A stretch of 64,000 nucleotides of DNA from an uncultured Chloroflexia bacterium (GTDB lineage: Bacteria > Chloroflexota > Limnocylindria > Limnocylindrales > CSP1-4): contig CAWHXD010000007.1 of assembly GCA_963833225.1 (NCBI GenBank), positions 384,001 to 448,000 on the forward strand. Direction: 5' to 3'. The position numbers and the translations under genes are program-made. Shown piece after piece: positions 52,328 through 62,620 of the stretch. The notes beneath the pieces are model-generated. The model did no database searches. It was not told the origin of the DNA and saw nothing but the letters and a program-made list of their open reading frames with translations. The stretch's first letter is position 1; every line of letters begins with the position of its first letter.

Positions 52328-53133
52328 GCGCGCTGCTTGCGGCCGGCCGCGTGCTGCCGTTCGGGATCGGCGGCCGTCGTGCCCTCCTGATCATCGAGCG
52401 CAACTACCTGATCTTCCGGTCGGCCTGGCTGGTGATCCTGGCCGGGTTCTTCGAGCCGCTGTTCTACCTGCTCTCGATCGGGCTCGGGATCGGGGGGCTG
52501 GTGGGCGACGTGCCGGGACCCGGGGGCGAGCCCATCCCGTACGCCCTGTTCGTGGCGCCCGCGCTGCTGGCCTCGGCCTCGATGAACGGGGCGATCGCCG
52601 AGTCCACGTTCAACGTGTTCTTCAAGCTCAACTACCAGAAGACCTACGACGCGATCCTGGCCACGCCGCTTGCGACCGGGGACGTCGCCCTGGGCGAGAT
52701 CGGGTGGGCGGTCATCCGCGCCACCATGTACGCCGTCGGGTTCCTGGTGGTGGTCTTCGTGCTGGGGCTGGTGCGATCTCCGTGGGCGGTGTTCGCCGTG
52801 CCCGCCGCGACCCTGCTCGCGTTCGCGTTCGCCGCCGTGGGCATGGCCGCCACGACGTTCATGCGCAGCTGGCAGGACTTCGACCTGATCAACCTCGTCG
52901 TGCTGCCCCTGTTCCTGTTCTCCGGCACGTTCTTCCCGATCACCGCCTACCCCGACGCACTGCGCGGCGTGGTCATGCTCACCCCGCTGTGGCAGGGCGT
53001 GGACATGATCCGGTCGCTGATCATGGGCGCGGTCGATCCATCGATCCTGTGGCATGTCGCCTACCTGGGTGCGATGGGGCTGGTGGGGCTGGCCGTGGTG
53101 GCGCGACGGCTGGACCGGATGCTGCTCAAGTAG
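52324..53133 (+). CDS. ABC-2 permease (NodJ-like)
   Basis: FFEPLFYL, ILATPL, PLFLFSGTFFPI; ATG 52324 overlaps the upstream stop. Confidence 0.9.
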   Translation: MSALLAAGRVLPFGIGGRRALLIIERNYLIFRSAWLVILAGFFEPLFYLLSIGLGIGGLVGDVPGPGGEPIPYALFVAPALLASASMNGAIAESTFNVFFKLNYQKTYDAILATPLATGDVALGEIGWAVIRATMYAVGFLVVVFVLGLVRSPWAVFAVPAATLLAFAFAAVGMAATTFMRSWQDFDLINLVVLPLFLFSGTFFPITAYPDALRGVVMLTPLWQGVDMIRSLIMGAVDPSILWHVAYLGAMGLVGLAVVARRLDRMLLK

Positions 53134-53141
53134 CCGGGCCG

Positions 53142-54488
53142 ATGACCGCCGAGCACCCGCCGAACCCCCACTGGCGGCGCCATGTCGTGACGTTCATCGG
53201 CGGCCAGACGGTCAGCCTGTTCGGGTCGATGCTCGTCCAATACGCCGTGTTCTGGTACCTCGCGATCACCTTCCAGTCCGGGGTGATCATGACGCTGGCC
53301 GCCGTGTTCGGATTCCTGCCGCAGGCCGTGGTCTCGGTGTTCGCCGGCGTGTGGGCTGACCGCACCAACCGCAAGTGGCTGATCATCGCTGCCGATGCGG
53401 CGATCGCGCTCTCGACGCTCGGACTCGCCGCCATCATGCTCGCGGGCTACGCGGAAACCTGGGTGATCTTTCTGACCCTCGCGATCCGATCGATGGGTGC
53501 CGGCGTCCAGACGCCCGCGGTGTCAGCGCTCATCCCGCAGATCACTCCCACGGCCCAGCTGATGCGGGTCAACGGCATCCTCGGCTCGGTGCAGTCGGCG
53601 CTGGCTCTGCTCGCCCCGGCCGTCGCGGGCGCGATCTACGCCACGGCCACGGCGGCGACCGGCGGGTCGGCACGCGCCCTGCTCCCGGTCTTCGCGATCG
53701 ATATCGTCACCGCGGCGATCGGGATCGCCCTGCTCGCGACGATCCCCGTGGGCGCCGTGCGAACGGCTGCCGACGTGGCGACCGGCTACCTCGATGACCT
53801 CGTCGAGGGAGTGCGGTACGTCGCGATGCACGGCTTCGTGCGCTGGCTGCTGGTCGTCTACGCGATCGTGTTCGTGCTCGCCGTCGCTCCGTCGAACCTC
53901 ACCCCGCTGATGGTGGTCCGTACGTTTCCGTCGGGCGAGCAGGGGGACGTGGTCAACCTGGCCATCCTCGAGATGGTGTTCAGCGTCGGCATGGTGGCGG
54001 GCGGGATCCTGGTGGCGATGCTGGCCTCTGGCTGGAACCGCATCACATTGATCGCCGGGTCGTCGCTGGCCTTCGGGGCGCTGTCGATCGTGCTGGGGCT
54101 TGCGCCGAACCTCTGGGTCTTCTTCGCGATCATGCTGCTGGTCGGGGTCACGGTCCCGTTCTTCTCGACGCCGTCGATGACCCTGCTCCAGGAGACCGTC
54201 GAGCCGGAACGCCAGGGCCGGGTGTTCGGCTTCGTCGGCATCGTCATGGCACTCGCGATGCCGGGCGGGATGCTGGTGTTCGGGCCGCTGGCAGACGCGG
54301 TTCGCATCGAGGCGATCCTCGTGGGCTCGGGCATCCTGACGTTCGTGGTCATCGGGCTCGCTCTCGGGCTGCCTGCCGGACGGCGTGCCGTGGCTGCTGC
54401 CAACGCCGCGTCCGCCGCAGCCGTGGCGGCCGCAGCCGGAAAGGCGGACGCGGCGCCCGATTCCGAACCACCCCGCCCTGGGTCCTGA
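53142..54488 (+). CDS. MFS efflux transporter (MefA/DHA3-like)
   Basis: GQTVSLFGS.LVQYA, AGVWADRTNRK, QGRVFG; start ATG 53142. Confidence 0.88.
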   Translation: MTAEHPPNPHWRRHVVTFIGGQTVSLFGSMLVQYAVFWYLAITFQSGVIMTLAAVFGFLPQAVVSVFAGVWADRTNRKWLIIAADAAIALSTLGLAAIMLAGYAETWVIFLTLAIRSMGAGVQTPAVSALIPQITPTAQLMRVNGILGSVQSALALLAPAVAGAIYATATAATGGSARALLPVFAIDIVTAAIGIALLATIPVGAVRTAADVATGYLDDLVEGVRYVAMHGFVRWLLVVYAIVFVLAVAPSNLTPLMVVRTFPSGEQGDVVNLAILEMVFSVGMVAGGILVAMLASGWNRITLIAGSSLAFGALSIVLGLAPNLWVFFAIMLLVGVTVPFFSTPSMTLLQETVEPERQGRVFGFVGIVMALAMPGGMLVFGPLADAVRIEAILVGSGILTFVVIGLALGLPAGRRAVAAANAASAAAVAAAAGKADAAPDSEPPRPGS

Positions 54489-54654
54489 TCGCGACCTGGA
54501 TCAGATTCCCCGCTCCTACGCGGGGGTTGTCGGCAAAACCCGGGGTTCGAGTACGCACCGTGCGTGGACGGATCGATCCTGATCCAGCGCCCGATCACGG
54601 TCCGGGAACGCCAGGCCCCGTGGGGGCCTCCCGCACCGCAGGTACGATCGCTCC

Positions 54655-55386
54655 GTGCCCATCACGGATCCCGCGGCCGCGGCTCGCGCGGCAAGCGACC
54701 TGCCCGCCCTCGACGCGACCATCTCCGACTGCTTCGCCTGCCGGCGGCTGGTCGCCTGGCGCGAGGAGCAGGCGCGGGTCAAGGTCGCCCGCTTCCGCAA
54801 TGAGCCGTACTGGGGCCGGCCGATCCCGGGCTACGGCGACCCGCGGGCGCGGATGCTGCTGGTGGGCCTGGCACCGGCCGCCCACGGAGGGAATCGCACC
54901 GGGCGCGTGTTCACCGGTGATGCGTCGGGGGACTTCCTGTGGCGTGCGCTCCACGCGGTCGGGCTCGCGGACCGACCGGTCAGCCGGCGCGCGGACGACG
55001 GTCTCGAGCTTCGCGGCGTCCGTGTCGCCGCCGCCGTCCGTTGCGCCCCACCGGCCAACCGGCCCACGCCCACCGAGCAGGCCACCTGTCGCCCGTACCT
55101 CGTTCGCGAGATCGCGCTGCTCGATCAGCTGCGGGTCATCGTTCCCCTCGGCGCGATCGGCTGGGATGCGACGCTGCGATCGCTCGCCGAGCAAGGGCTC
55201 GCCGTGCCCACCCCCAAGCCGCGGTTCACCCACGGGGCGGAGACGGTCATCGGCCCCTACACGCTCGTCGGCACCTACCACCCGAGCCAGCAGAACACCT
55301 TCACGGGCCGCCTGACGCCCCCGATGATGGAAGGGGTGCTCACGCGCGCGGCCACGTTCGCCGGGCTCGCGCCGCTCCATCCCTGA
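54655..55386 (+). CDS. Uracil-DNA glycosylase family 5 (UdgB-like)
   Basis: CFACRRL Fe-S cysteines, GLAPAAHGGNRTGRVFTGD, CAPP.N.P, YHPSQQNT. Confidence 0.92.
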   Translation: MPITDPAAAARAASDLPALDATISDCFACRRLVAWREEQARVKVARFRNEPYWGRPIPGYGDPRARMLLVGLAPAAHGGNRTGRVFTGDASGDFLWRALHAVGLADRPVSRRADDGLELRGVRVAAAVRCAPPANRPTPTEQATCRPYLVREIALLDQLRVIVPLGAIGWDATLRSLAEQGLAVPTPKPRFTHGAETVIGPYTLVGTYHPSQQNTFTGRLTPPMMEGVLTRAATFAGLAPLHP

Positions 55387-55413
55387 ATGGGATGACGGAG
55401 CGCCCGAGTGCTA

Positions 55414-55439
55414 TCCTTACATCAACGAGAATGTAAGGA
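55414..55439. promoter_or_regulatory. Toxin-antitoxin autoregulation operator
   Basis: TCCTTACAT-N8-ATGTAAGGA perfect inverted repeat overlapping an extended -10 (TGcTATCCT) and the RBS. Confidence 0.7.
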
Positions 55440-55447
55440 GGATGACC

Positions 55448-55696
55448 ATGGAAGTCTCGGCGCGGCTCAGCTCCAAGGGCCAGGTCACCGTGCCCCGCGC
55501 GGTCCGCGAGGCGCTGTCGCTCGAGGAGGGGGATCGGCTCGTGTTCCGGGTCGAGGGGGATCATGCCGTCCTTGCGCGGACGCCGGATCTCCTCGCCCTT
55601 GCGGGCTCGGTGAGCGTGCCGGCCGCGAAGCGCGGCACGGCTTGGGCGGAGGTTCTGGGCCAGACGCGGCGGGCGCGGGCGGTCAACCGACGGTGA
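55448..55696 (+). CDS. AbrB/MazE/SpoVT family antitoxin
   Basis: LSSKGQVTVPRAVREALSLEEGDRLVF; AAGGAGG RBS. Confidence 0.9.
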   Translation: MEVSARLSSKGQVTVPRAVREALSLEEGDRLVFRVEGDHAVLARTPDLLALAGSVSVPAAKRGTAWAEVLGQTRRARAVNRR

Positions 55697-56088
55697 CGGC
55701 GTTCGTCGACACCAACATTCTTGTCCGCCACCTCACGGGCGATCCGCCCGAGCAGGCGGCGCGGGCAACCCGCTACCTGGCGGAGGCCGATGAGCTGTTG
55801 CTGCCCGATCTGATCTTCGCGGAAGTCGCCTACGTCTTGGGATCGTTCTACGAGGCGCCACGGGCCCAGGTCGCGACCGCGCTCCGGTCTGTGTTGGCCT
55901 TCCCCGCCATCCGGGTGCTGGACGCGGACCTGCTCCAGCGGACCGTCGAGGTCTACGAGGTCCACCGGCTCGACTTCGCCGACGCCTACCTGGTCGCGAG
56001 CGCGGAGCGGACCGGGGTCGGCGCAGTCGCCTCCTTCGACCGGAGCATCGACCGGGTCACCACGATCCGCCGCGAGGAGCCCGCCTGA
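55693..56088 (+). CDS. VapC-like PIN domain toxin
   Basis: FVDTNILVR, AEV.YVL, LDFADAYL, SFDR; GTG overlaps the antitoxin stop. Confidence 0.9.
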   Translation: MTAFVDTNILVRHLTGDPPEQAARATRYLAEADELLLPDLIFAEVAYVLGSFYEAPRAQVATALRSVLAFPAIRVLDADLLQRTVEVYEVHRLDFADAYLVASAERTGVGAVASFDRSIDRVTTIRREEPA

Positions 56089-56163
56089 GCGAGCCGGACG
56101 AGCCGCCCGGCCGCCCGGTCGAGGCGGGGTAGGCGCCATAGCCGATAGACTCACGCTCGCCCC

Positions 56164-57279
56164 ATGACCGCTGAACGCGACTTCTACGAGATCCTGAACG
56201 TCGAGCGCTCCGCCTCCGACGCCGAGATCAAGCGCGCCTTCCGCAAGCTCGCCCAGCAGTGGCACCCCGACGTGAACGCCGACGGCGAGGCGCAGCAGCG
56301 GTTCAAGGAGATCAACGAGGCCTACCAGGTCCTGTCGGACCCGCAGCGCCGCCAGAGCTACGACATGTTCGGGCGGGCCGGCGTCAGCGGTGGGGGCGGC
56401 GCCGATCCATTCGCGGGCGCAGCGGGGTTCGGCGGCTTCTCGGACATCTTCGATGCGGTGTTCGGGGGCGGGATGGCGGGCGCCGCAAGGCGGGCCAGGC
56501 CGGCCCAGGGCTCCGACCTTCGCTACGACCTCCGGATCTCGTTCGAGGAGGCGGTCCTCGGCGCCGAGAAGGAGCTCGAGTTCCCGGTCCTCGGCCGGTG
56601 CGACACCTGCGGCGGCTCCGGCGCGCAGGAGGGCTCCACGCCCACGGAGTGCCCGCAGTGCAAGGGTCGCGGCGAGATCCGGTCGATCCGCCAGACGATG
56701 CTGGGCCAGATGGTGAACGTGACGGCGTGCCCGCGCTGCCGGGGCGAGGGCAAGATCGTGGACAACCCGTGCGAGACCTGCCGGGGCGAGGGCCGCACGG
56801 AGCGCCGCCGCAGCCTGCGCGTGACGATCCCGGCGGGGATCGACGAGGGCCACCAGATCCGCCTGACCAACGAGGGCGAGGCCGGGCCGCGTGGCGGACC
56901 CGCGGGCAGCCTGTATGTCGCGGTCCACGTGGCGGCGCACCCGTCGCTCACCCGCGAGGGGACCGAGCTCTACTACGAGGCGGACCTCTCGATCGCGCAG
57001 GCGGCGCTGGGCACCCGGATCCCCGTTCCCGTGGTCGACGGCGAGGACGCCGAGGTCGAGATCAAGCCCGGCACGCAGCCGGGGACGGAGATCCGCCTGC
57101 GGGGGCGCGGCGTGCCCCACCTTCGCCGCCAGTCGGTCCGCGGCGACCTCCACGTCATCGCCAACGTCGTGGTGCCCTCCAAGCTGTCGAAGAAGCAGCG
57201 CGAGCTGCTCGAGGCATACGCGAAGGAGGCGGGCGAGACGGTGTCGGGGCCCGGGCTGCGCGAGAAGCTGGGCCTGTAG
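56164..57279 (+). CDS. dnaJ: Chaperone DnaJ
   Basis: J domain with HPD, G/F region, four CxxCxGxG repeats. Confidence 0.98.
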   Translation: MTAERDFYEILNVERSASDAEIKRAFRKLAQQWHPDVNADGEAQQRFKEINEAYQVLSDPQRRQSYDMFGRAGVSGGGGADPFAGAAGFGGFSDIFDAVFGGGMAGAARRARPAQGSDLRYDLRISFEEAVLGAEKELEFPVLGRCDTCGGSGAQEGSTPTECPQCKGRGEIRSIRQTMLGQMVNVTACPRCRGEGKIVDNPCETCRGEGRTERRRSLRVTIPAGIDEGHQIRLTNEGEAGPRGGPAGSLYVAVHVAAHPSLTREGTELYYEADLSIAQAALGTRIPVPVVDGEDAEVEIKPGTQPGTEIRLRGRGVPHLRRQSVRGDLHVIANVVVPSKLSKKQRELLEAYAKEAGETVSGPGLREKLGL

Positions 57280-58316
57280 TGCGCGAGGGCGCAGGCGGCG
57301 CCGGGCCACTCGGTGCTGGCGCGGACCCGCTTGACGGCCTGGATATGGCCGCGGCCGCGGCCATGCCGGGTGCCTGGCTCGAACTCTCGGTTGCCGCTGA
57401 TCACGAGGCGGTCGAGGCCGTCTCGGAGATCCTGTCACGGGCCGCACCCGGCGGGACCAGCGTGGAGCCGGCGTTCGAGCTGGTGGAGGAGGGGCTCGCG
57501 GCCCGCGTGGACCTCGCCCGCCCGGCGCTGGTGCGCGCCCACCTGCCGCTGCTCGACATCGCCGCCGTCCGCAGTGCCGTCGCGCGGGCCGAGCGGGAGC
57601 TCGGCCACCTGCAGGCGTTCGGGTTGCGACCGATCGGCGACCTGACCGCCACGATCATCCACGAGGCCGACTGGGCGAACGCCTGGAAGGCGCACTTCCC
57701 CGTGCTCCGGATCGGGCGCCGGATCGTGATCCGGCCGACCTGGCGACGGCATCGCCGGCAGCCCGGCGACGTCGTCCTCGCCCTCGATCCCGGGATGGCG
57801 TTCGGGACGGGCCTGCATCCCACGACGCGTCTCTGCCTTGCGGCTCTCGAGGAGCTCGGGGATCGTGGCCTGCTCACGCGCGGTGCGGCGGACGACGGGC
57901 CGGCTCGCGTGCTGGACGTGGGCTCCGGGTCGGGGATCCTGTCCATCGCCGCGGCGAAGCTGGGCGCGGGCTCCGTGCTGGCGGTCGACGTCGACCCGAT
58001 CGCGGTGCAGGCATCCACCTCGAACGCCCGCCGCAACCGGCTCGCCCGCGTGATCCGCGCCCGCGAGGGAAGCGCCCCGTCCGGCGACGGCCGCCCGTTC
58101 GACGTCGTCCTCGCCAACCTCATCGCGTCGCTGCTCATCACCCTGGCCGACGGGCTCGTGACCGACCTGCGCCCCGGCGGCGTGCTGATCGCGTCGGGGA
58201 TCTTCGCCAACCGCGAGGCGGACGTCGTGGCCGCGTTCGAGGCCCGGGGTCTCGTGATCGACCGACGATGGTACGAGGGAGACTGGGTGGCGCTGGAGGC
58301 CCACCGGCCGGCGTGA
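57279..58316 (+). CDS. prmA: Ribosomal protein L11 methyltransferase
   Basis: DWANAWK, LDPGMAFGTGLHPTTRLCL, LDVGSGSGILSI, VLANL; start GTG 57279 or ATG 57345/57363. Confidence 0.93.
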   Translation: MREGAGGAGPLGAGADPLDGLDMAAAAAMPGAWLELSVAADHEAVEAVSEILSRAAPGGTSVEPAFELVEEGLAARVDLARPALVRAHLPLLDIAAVRSAVARAERELGHLQAFGLRPIGDLTATIIHEADWANAWKAHFPVLRIGRRIVIRPTWRRHRRQPGDVVLALDPGMAFGTGLHPTTRLCLAALEELGDRGLLTRGAADDGPARVLDVGSGSGILSIAAAKLGAGSVLAVDVDPIAVQASTSNARRNRLARVIRAREGSAPSGDGRPFDVVLANLIASLLITLADGLVTDLRPGGVLIASGIFANREADVVAAFEARGLVIDRRWYEGDWVALEAHRPA

Positions 58317-58392
58317 TCGACTCCCTGCGCTACGATCCGTCCACCCCCAGCCGGGCCCATCCCCGCGCCGAGCCGCCGCGAACCAGCAGCTG

Positions 58393-58881
58393 ATGCCTGA
58401 CCTGTCCAGCCTCTTCCCGCTCATCCTCGCGACGCACATCACGCTCGCGATCGCGCTGTTCGTGCCGAGCCTCCTGCTGCCCTTCACGCTCCGGAACCGG
58501 CTGGTCAACCCCGGCTACCAGGTGCCGGATCCCGGACGGTTCGTCCACGCCCTGTTGTGGATCCAGGCGCACGGGACCATCGTGATCGGGGCCGGGCTGG
58601 CGCTCACCGGCGGCGCGATGATCACGGTGCTCGGCCCGCGGATGCTCGAGCAGCCGTGGCTCCTGGTGGCGCTCGCCACCTACGGGATCACCGCCGTGGT
58701 CGCCTTCGCCGTCCAACGGCCCACGCTTCGACGCCTCGTCCGCCGGGACCAGATCGAGACCGACCAGGACCGAGACGCGTGGCGGGCGAATGCGCGCCGC
58801 CAGCGCTACGTCGCGTACGGGATCACGACCGCGGTCGGCCTGATCGCCTTCCTGATGTCCACCAAGCCGGCGCTGTGGTGA
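58393..58881 (+). CDS. Small integral membrane protein (DUF2269-like)
   Basis: Four TM helices, N-terminal His, C-terminal LMSTKP. Confidence 0.65.
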   Translation: MPDLSSLFPLILATHITLAIALFVPSLLLPFTLRNRLVNPGYQVPDPGRFVHALLWIQAHGTIVIGAGLALTGGAMITVLGPRMLEQPWLLVALATYGITAVVAFAVQRPTLRRLVRRDQIETDQDRDAWRANARRQRYVAYGITTAVGLIAFLMSTKPALW

Positions 58882-60401
58882 GCCCGGAGCCCGTCGGCCG
58901 TCACGAGCGGGCCGCGCAACCCACCGTGGAGCCCGCTCGTCCCCGCTCGGCCGCGATCGTCAACCTCGGCTGCAAGGTCAACCAGTCCGAGATGGAGGCG
59001 GCCGCCCGCCTGCTGCGCGAGGCCGGTATTCCGCTCGTTCATCCGGGGCGCGCCGCGGACCTCGTCCTCGTCAACACCTGCACGGTGACCGCCACCGCCG
59101 ACGAGAAGTCACGCTCGGCCGTCCGCCGTGCCCGGCGGGCGAACCCCGGGGCGCAGGTCGTCGTGACCGGCTGCTCGGTCCAGGTGGACCCGGGGATGTT
59201 CGCCTCGGTCGACGCCGGAGCGCGCCTGGTTCCCAACGAGGACAAGGCCGCGTTCCTGGCGGAGCTGGAAGTGCTGCTGCAGGTCGACGACCAGGGCGAT
59301 TCCGCCCACGACCCTCATGCGCCGCTCGACGCTGCCCTGCCAACCCTGTCGGGGGTGGAGGCCGTGGCCGCCGCGGCCCTCGACGGGGCTGCGGACGACC
59401 GAGCGTCGGTCGAGCGGACCCGCGCCTTTGTCAAGGTCCAGGATGGCTGCTCGTTCCACTGCACCTACTGCATCATTCCCCGGGCCAGGGGGGCTGAGCG
59501 GAGCCTGGTGCCGGAGGTGGTCCTGGCTGACGTCCAGCGCGCGCTGGCCGCCGGCCACCGCGAGATCGTGCTGACAGGGATCAACATCGGCACCTACGAC
59601 GGGGGCTGGTCGGAGCGCGGCGCCCGCGGGTCGCACGTCGCGAGCGCCCTGACCCTTGCCGGGCTCGTCCGGAGGATCCTCGACGAGACGCCGGTCGAGC
59701 GGATCCGCCTCAGCTCAATCGAGCCCCAGCACGTGGACGACGAGCTGCTGCGCACCTGGGTTGACGGAGCGCCCCGAACCCTGCCGCACGTCCACCTCCC
59801 GCTGCAGAGTGGCGACGATGGCGTCCTGCGCCGCATGGGTCGCCGCTATACCGCCGACGAGTACGCCCGGATCGTGGAGCGGGTCCGCGGCGCGATCCCG
59901 GGGGTCGCGGTCCATGCCGATGTCATCGCGGGCTTCCCCACCGAGGACGACGACGCCTTCGCTCGCTCGCTGGCCTTCATCCGTGACCTGGATCTGGCCG
60001 GGCTCCACGTGTTCCGGTACAGCTCCCGGCCCGGGACCCCGGCGACGCGCATGGCCGGCCAGGTTCCCGAGCGCACGAAGAAGGGGCGTGCCGCGGAGCT
60101 CCTGGCGCTCGCGGCGGAGGCGCGGGCGACGTTTGCGCGTCGCACCCTCGGGACGACGACCGACGTGCTCGTGGAGCAGCGTCTCGCCGACGGTCGCTGG
60201 ACCGGTCACGCGGAGGACCACGTGCCCGTTGCCGTGGCGCTGCGTCCGGGCGATCCACCGGACCTCGAGAACGCGATCCTGACCGTGCGCCGGACCGGCA
60301 TCGACGGCGACCTCGCGGAGCGCGTCAGGGGGGAGATCCTGGAGATCGACCCCGCGCCACGGGAGCTTCGGGCGCCGCTCTCGCTGCTCGCGTTGCCGTA
60401 G
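58878..60401 (+). CDS. mtaB: tRNA t6A37 methylthiotransferase MtaB
   Basis: LGCKVNQSE, NTCTVT, TRAFVKVQDGCSFHCTYCIIP, HLPLQSG, HVFRYS.RPGT; position after prmA. Confidence 0.88.
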   Translation: MSPEPVGRHERAAQPTVEPARPRSAAIVNLGCKVNQSEMEAAARLLREAGIPLVHPGRAADLVLVNTCTVTATADEKSRSAVRRARRANPGAQVVVTGCSVQVDPGMFASVDAGARLVPNEDKAAFLAELEVLLQVDDQGDSAHDPHAPLDAALPTLSGVEAVAAAALDGAADDRASVERTRAFVKVQDGCSFHCTYCIIPRARGAERSLVPEVVLADVQRALAAGHREIVLTGINIGTYDGGWSERGARGSHVASALTLAGLVRRILDETPVERIRLSSIEPQHVDDELLRTWVDGAPRTLPHVHLPLQSGDDGVLRRMGRRYTADEYARIVERVRGAIPGVAVHADVIAGFPTEDDDAFARSLAFIRDLDLAGLHVFRYSSRPGTPATRMAGQVPERTKKGRAAELLALAAEARATFARRTLGTTTDVLVEQRLADGRWTGHAEDHVPVAVALRPGDPPDLENAILTVRRTGIDGDLAERVRGEILEIDPAPRELRAPLSLLALP

Positions 60402-60404
60402 TCG

Positions 60405-60417
60405 AGGGTTCTCCCCA
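60405..60417 (+). repeat. 13-bp box AGGGTTCTCCCCA, copy 1 (candidate response-regulator site)
   Basis: Identical copy at 62608-62620; both lie 24 nt upstream of a -10-like hexamer. Confidence 0.6.
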
Positions 60418-60433
60418 CTTTCGGGCTGGCACC

Positions 60434-61963
60434 ATGGGCATCACGATGCGATCCGTGAAGGTGGCCGTGCTTGCCTGGGTAGCGCTGGCGGTTTGCGTCC
60501 TGGCCACGTCGTACGCCCTGAGTGGCACGCTGGACCCTGGCATGTCCACCGATGACAGCCGGACCGTTGTCCTGGAGGTCCAGCCCGGTTACCTCGCCTG
60601 GGCGGCCGGGATTCGCCCGGGCCAGCGCGTCGTGGAGTCCCGCTATGGCGACGAGCCCGGCGGCTGGCGGATGGTCACCGAGGACGAGGCGGGGAGCCAT
60701 GCCCTCGGAGCGGTCCCCTACGAACCGTTGCTGCGGATCTCCGCCATCGCCTCGTTGGCTGGCGTTGCCTGTGCCCTGCTGGCGCTGGTCTTCGTGGGCC
60801 TCCGTCGCCGGCGGGCCGCGATGCTGGCCGTGCTGGCGTTCCCGCTCGCGGCCGTGCCGTACCTCATCCTGCGCTCGCCGGTGGACGGCGATGCGGTGGG
60901 GCTCGCGGCCGGCGTGCTTCCAGCCGCCTGGATCGCGTCCGAGGCGAGGCTGCGTCCCCGGTCATTGCGCCTGTTGCTCGTTGCGTTGGTCGGCGCCATC
61001 GGGCTCGCGAACCTGGTCGGCGTCGCGGCCGGCGTCGGGGTCGCGCCGGCGTTGGGCATCGGCGGCTACCCCCTGGGCCTCGTGTGGCCCGGTGTCATCG
61101 TCGGACTGGCCGGTTTGACCCTGGCGGTCGGGAGTGGCGTCACCGCCACCCGGGTCGGAGCGAGCATGCGCGGCCTCCGACCGCTTGATGGGGCCGTCCT
61201 CGGGGCGTTGATCGCCGTCGGCCTTCTCGTTTGGAGCCTGGGCCTCGCGGACTGGATCACCCTGGTCTTCGCGCTCATCGCGCTCCTGGGCTACGCCCTC
61301 TCCCGGGGGACCGTGACACGCGCGCTGGACCGGGTCCTGCTCGCCGAGCTCCGCGAGCGCGAGGCGCTCCAGGCGACCGAGGTCGAGCGAGCGAGGATCT
61401 CTCGCGAGATCCACGACGATTCGCTCCAGGCGCTCGCGGGGGTGATCCAGCAGCTGGAGGAGCCGGCCGCCGACGCCGCCGCGGCTCGTGACGCCCTCCG
61501 AACGGTTGCCGAGCGCCTCCGCAGCGTGGCCACCGAAATGCATCCGCCAGTCCTCGATGACCTTGGGCTGGTCCCGGCGATCGAGGCGGCCGCCAATGCG
61601 GTGACGAGTCCGCCGGTTGGCGTCGCCATCGAGAACCACTCGGGCTACACGCGCGCGGAGCGCCCGCCGCAGCATGTCGAGCTCGCCGCCTACCGGATCG
61701 TCGCCGAGGCGATCGCCAACGCGGTGCGGCACGCCGAGGCCCAGCACATCACCGTGAGCGGTGAAGTCGACAGGAGCCGGGTCTGGATCGAGGTGCGCGA
61801 CGACGGCGTCGGGATCACCGACGAGCGGGTTGAGACCGCGCTCCGTTCCGGTCGCCTGGGTCTGGCGTCGATGCGGCGCCGCGCCGACTCCATCGACGCC
61901 ACGTTCGAGGCGGTCTCCATCGCCGCCGGAGGCACTCGTGTGAGCGTCGCATGGACGGCCTGA
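60434..61963 (+). CDS. Multi-TM HisKA_3 sensor kinase with a PDZ-like extracytoplasmic domain
   Basis: VLEVQPGYLAWAAGIRPGQRVV; many TM helices; EIHDDSLQ, LDDLGL, EAIANAVRH, DDGVG, LGLASM; true start may be GTG 60455. Confidence 0.88.
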   Translation: MGITMRSVKVAVLAWVALAVCVLATSYALSGTLDPGMSTDDSRTVVLEVQPGYLAWAAGIRPGQRVVESRYGDEPGGWRMVTEDEAGSHALGAVPYEPLLRISAIASLAGVACALLALVFVGLRRRRAAMLAVLAFPLAAVPYLILRSPVDGDAVGLAAGVLPAAWIASEARLRPRSLRLLLVALVGAIGLANLVGVAAGVGVAPALGIGGYPLGLVWPGVIVGLAGLTLAVGSGVTATRVGASMRGLRPLDGAVLGALIAVGLLVWSLGLADWITLVFALIALLGYALSRGTVTRALDRVLLAELREREALQATEVERARISREIHDDSLQALAGVIQQLEEPAADAAAARDALRTVAERLRSVATEMHPPVLDDLGLVPAIEAAANAVTSPPVGVAIENHSGYTRAERPPQHVELAAYRIVAEAIANAVRHAEAQHITVSGEVDRSRVWIEVRDDGVGITDERVETALRSGRLGLASMRRRADSIDATFEAVSIAAGGTRVSVAWTA

Positions 61964-62583
61964 CGACCATCCGCCTGGTCATCGTGGAGGACCATCCCAT
62001 CGTCGTCGATGGCCTGCTCTCCGCGTTCCGAGACCGCCCTGAGGTCGAGGTCGTCGGCCGCGCCGCGACAGTCGTCGACGCGCGGTCGGTCCTGGCGTCA
62101 ACGCCGTGCGATGTCGTGCTGCTTGACCTCCGCCTGCCGGACGGCTCGGGGATCGACCTCCTGAGCGAGGCGCATGGCAAGGGCGGGCCGGCCTACCTCG
62201 TGCTCTCAAGCTTCCTGACCACCCAGTACGTCTCCGCGTCGATCGCCCTTGGAGCGGGTGGGTTCCTGCTCAAGACCTCGCCCACCGACGCGATCCTTGG
62301 GGCGATCACCGAGATCGCCGCCGGCGGACTCGCGTTCACCGACGAGCAGCTTCGCGCGAGCAGGACGGCGTCCTGGGCACCGCTCACGTCTCGCGAGCAT
62401 GACGTCCTCATCGGGGTCGTGGACGGCCGCTCGAACGATGAGCTCGCTGGTGACCTGCGGCTGTCCCGCAAGACGATCGAGGCCCACGTCGCACGCCTGT
62501 TCGCCCGTTTCGGTGTGTCCAGCCGCACGGAGCTCGCGGTCCTCGCTGAGCGCGGCCAGATCCTGGACCTGCCCCACCGGTAG
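61951..62583 (+). CDS. NarL/LuxR-family response regulator
   Basis: IVEDHPIV, LLDLRLPDGSG, GFLLK, LTSRE..G.SN..L.LSRKTIEAHV. Confidence 0.93.
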   Translation: MDGLTTIRLVIVEDHPIVVDGLLSAFRDRPEVEVVGRAATVVDARSVLASTPCDVVLLDLRLPDGSGIDLLSEAHGKGGPAYLVLSSFLTTQYVSASIALGAGGFLLKTSPTDAILGAITEIAAGGLAFTDEQLRASRTASWAPLTSREHDVLIGVVDGRSNDELAGDLRLSRKTIEAHVARLFARFGVSSRTELAVLAERGQILDLPHR

Positions 62584-62607
62584 GGAGGCGCGGCGGGCCC
62601 GGGGGCT

Positions 62608-62620
62608 AGGGTTCTCCCCA
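62608..62620 (+). repeat. 13-bp box AGGGTTCTCCCCA, copy 2
   Basis: Identical to 60405-60417; followed by extended -10 TGaTACGTT (62642-62650). Confidence 0.6.
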
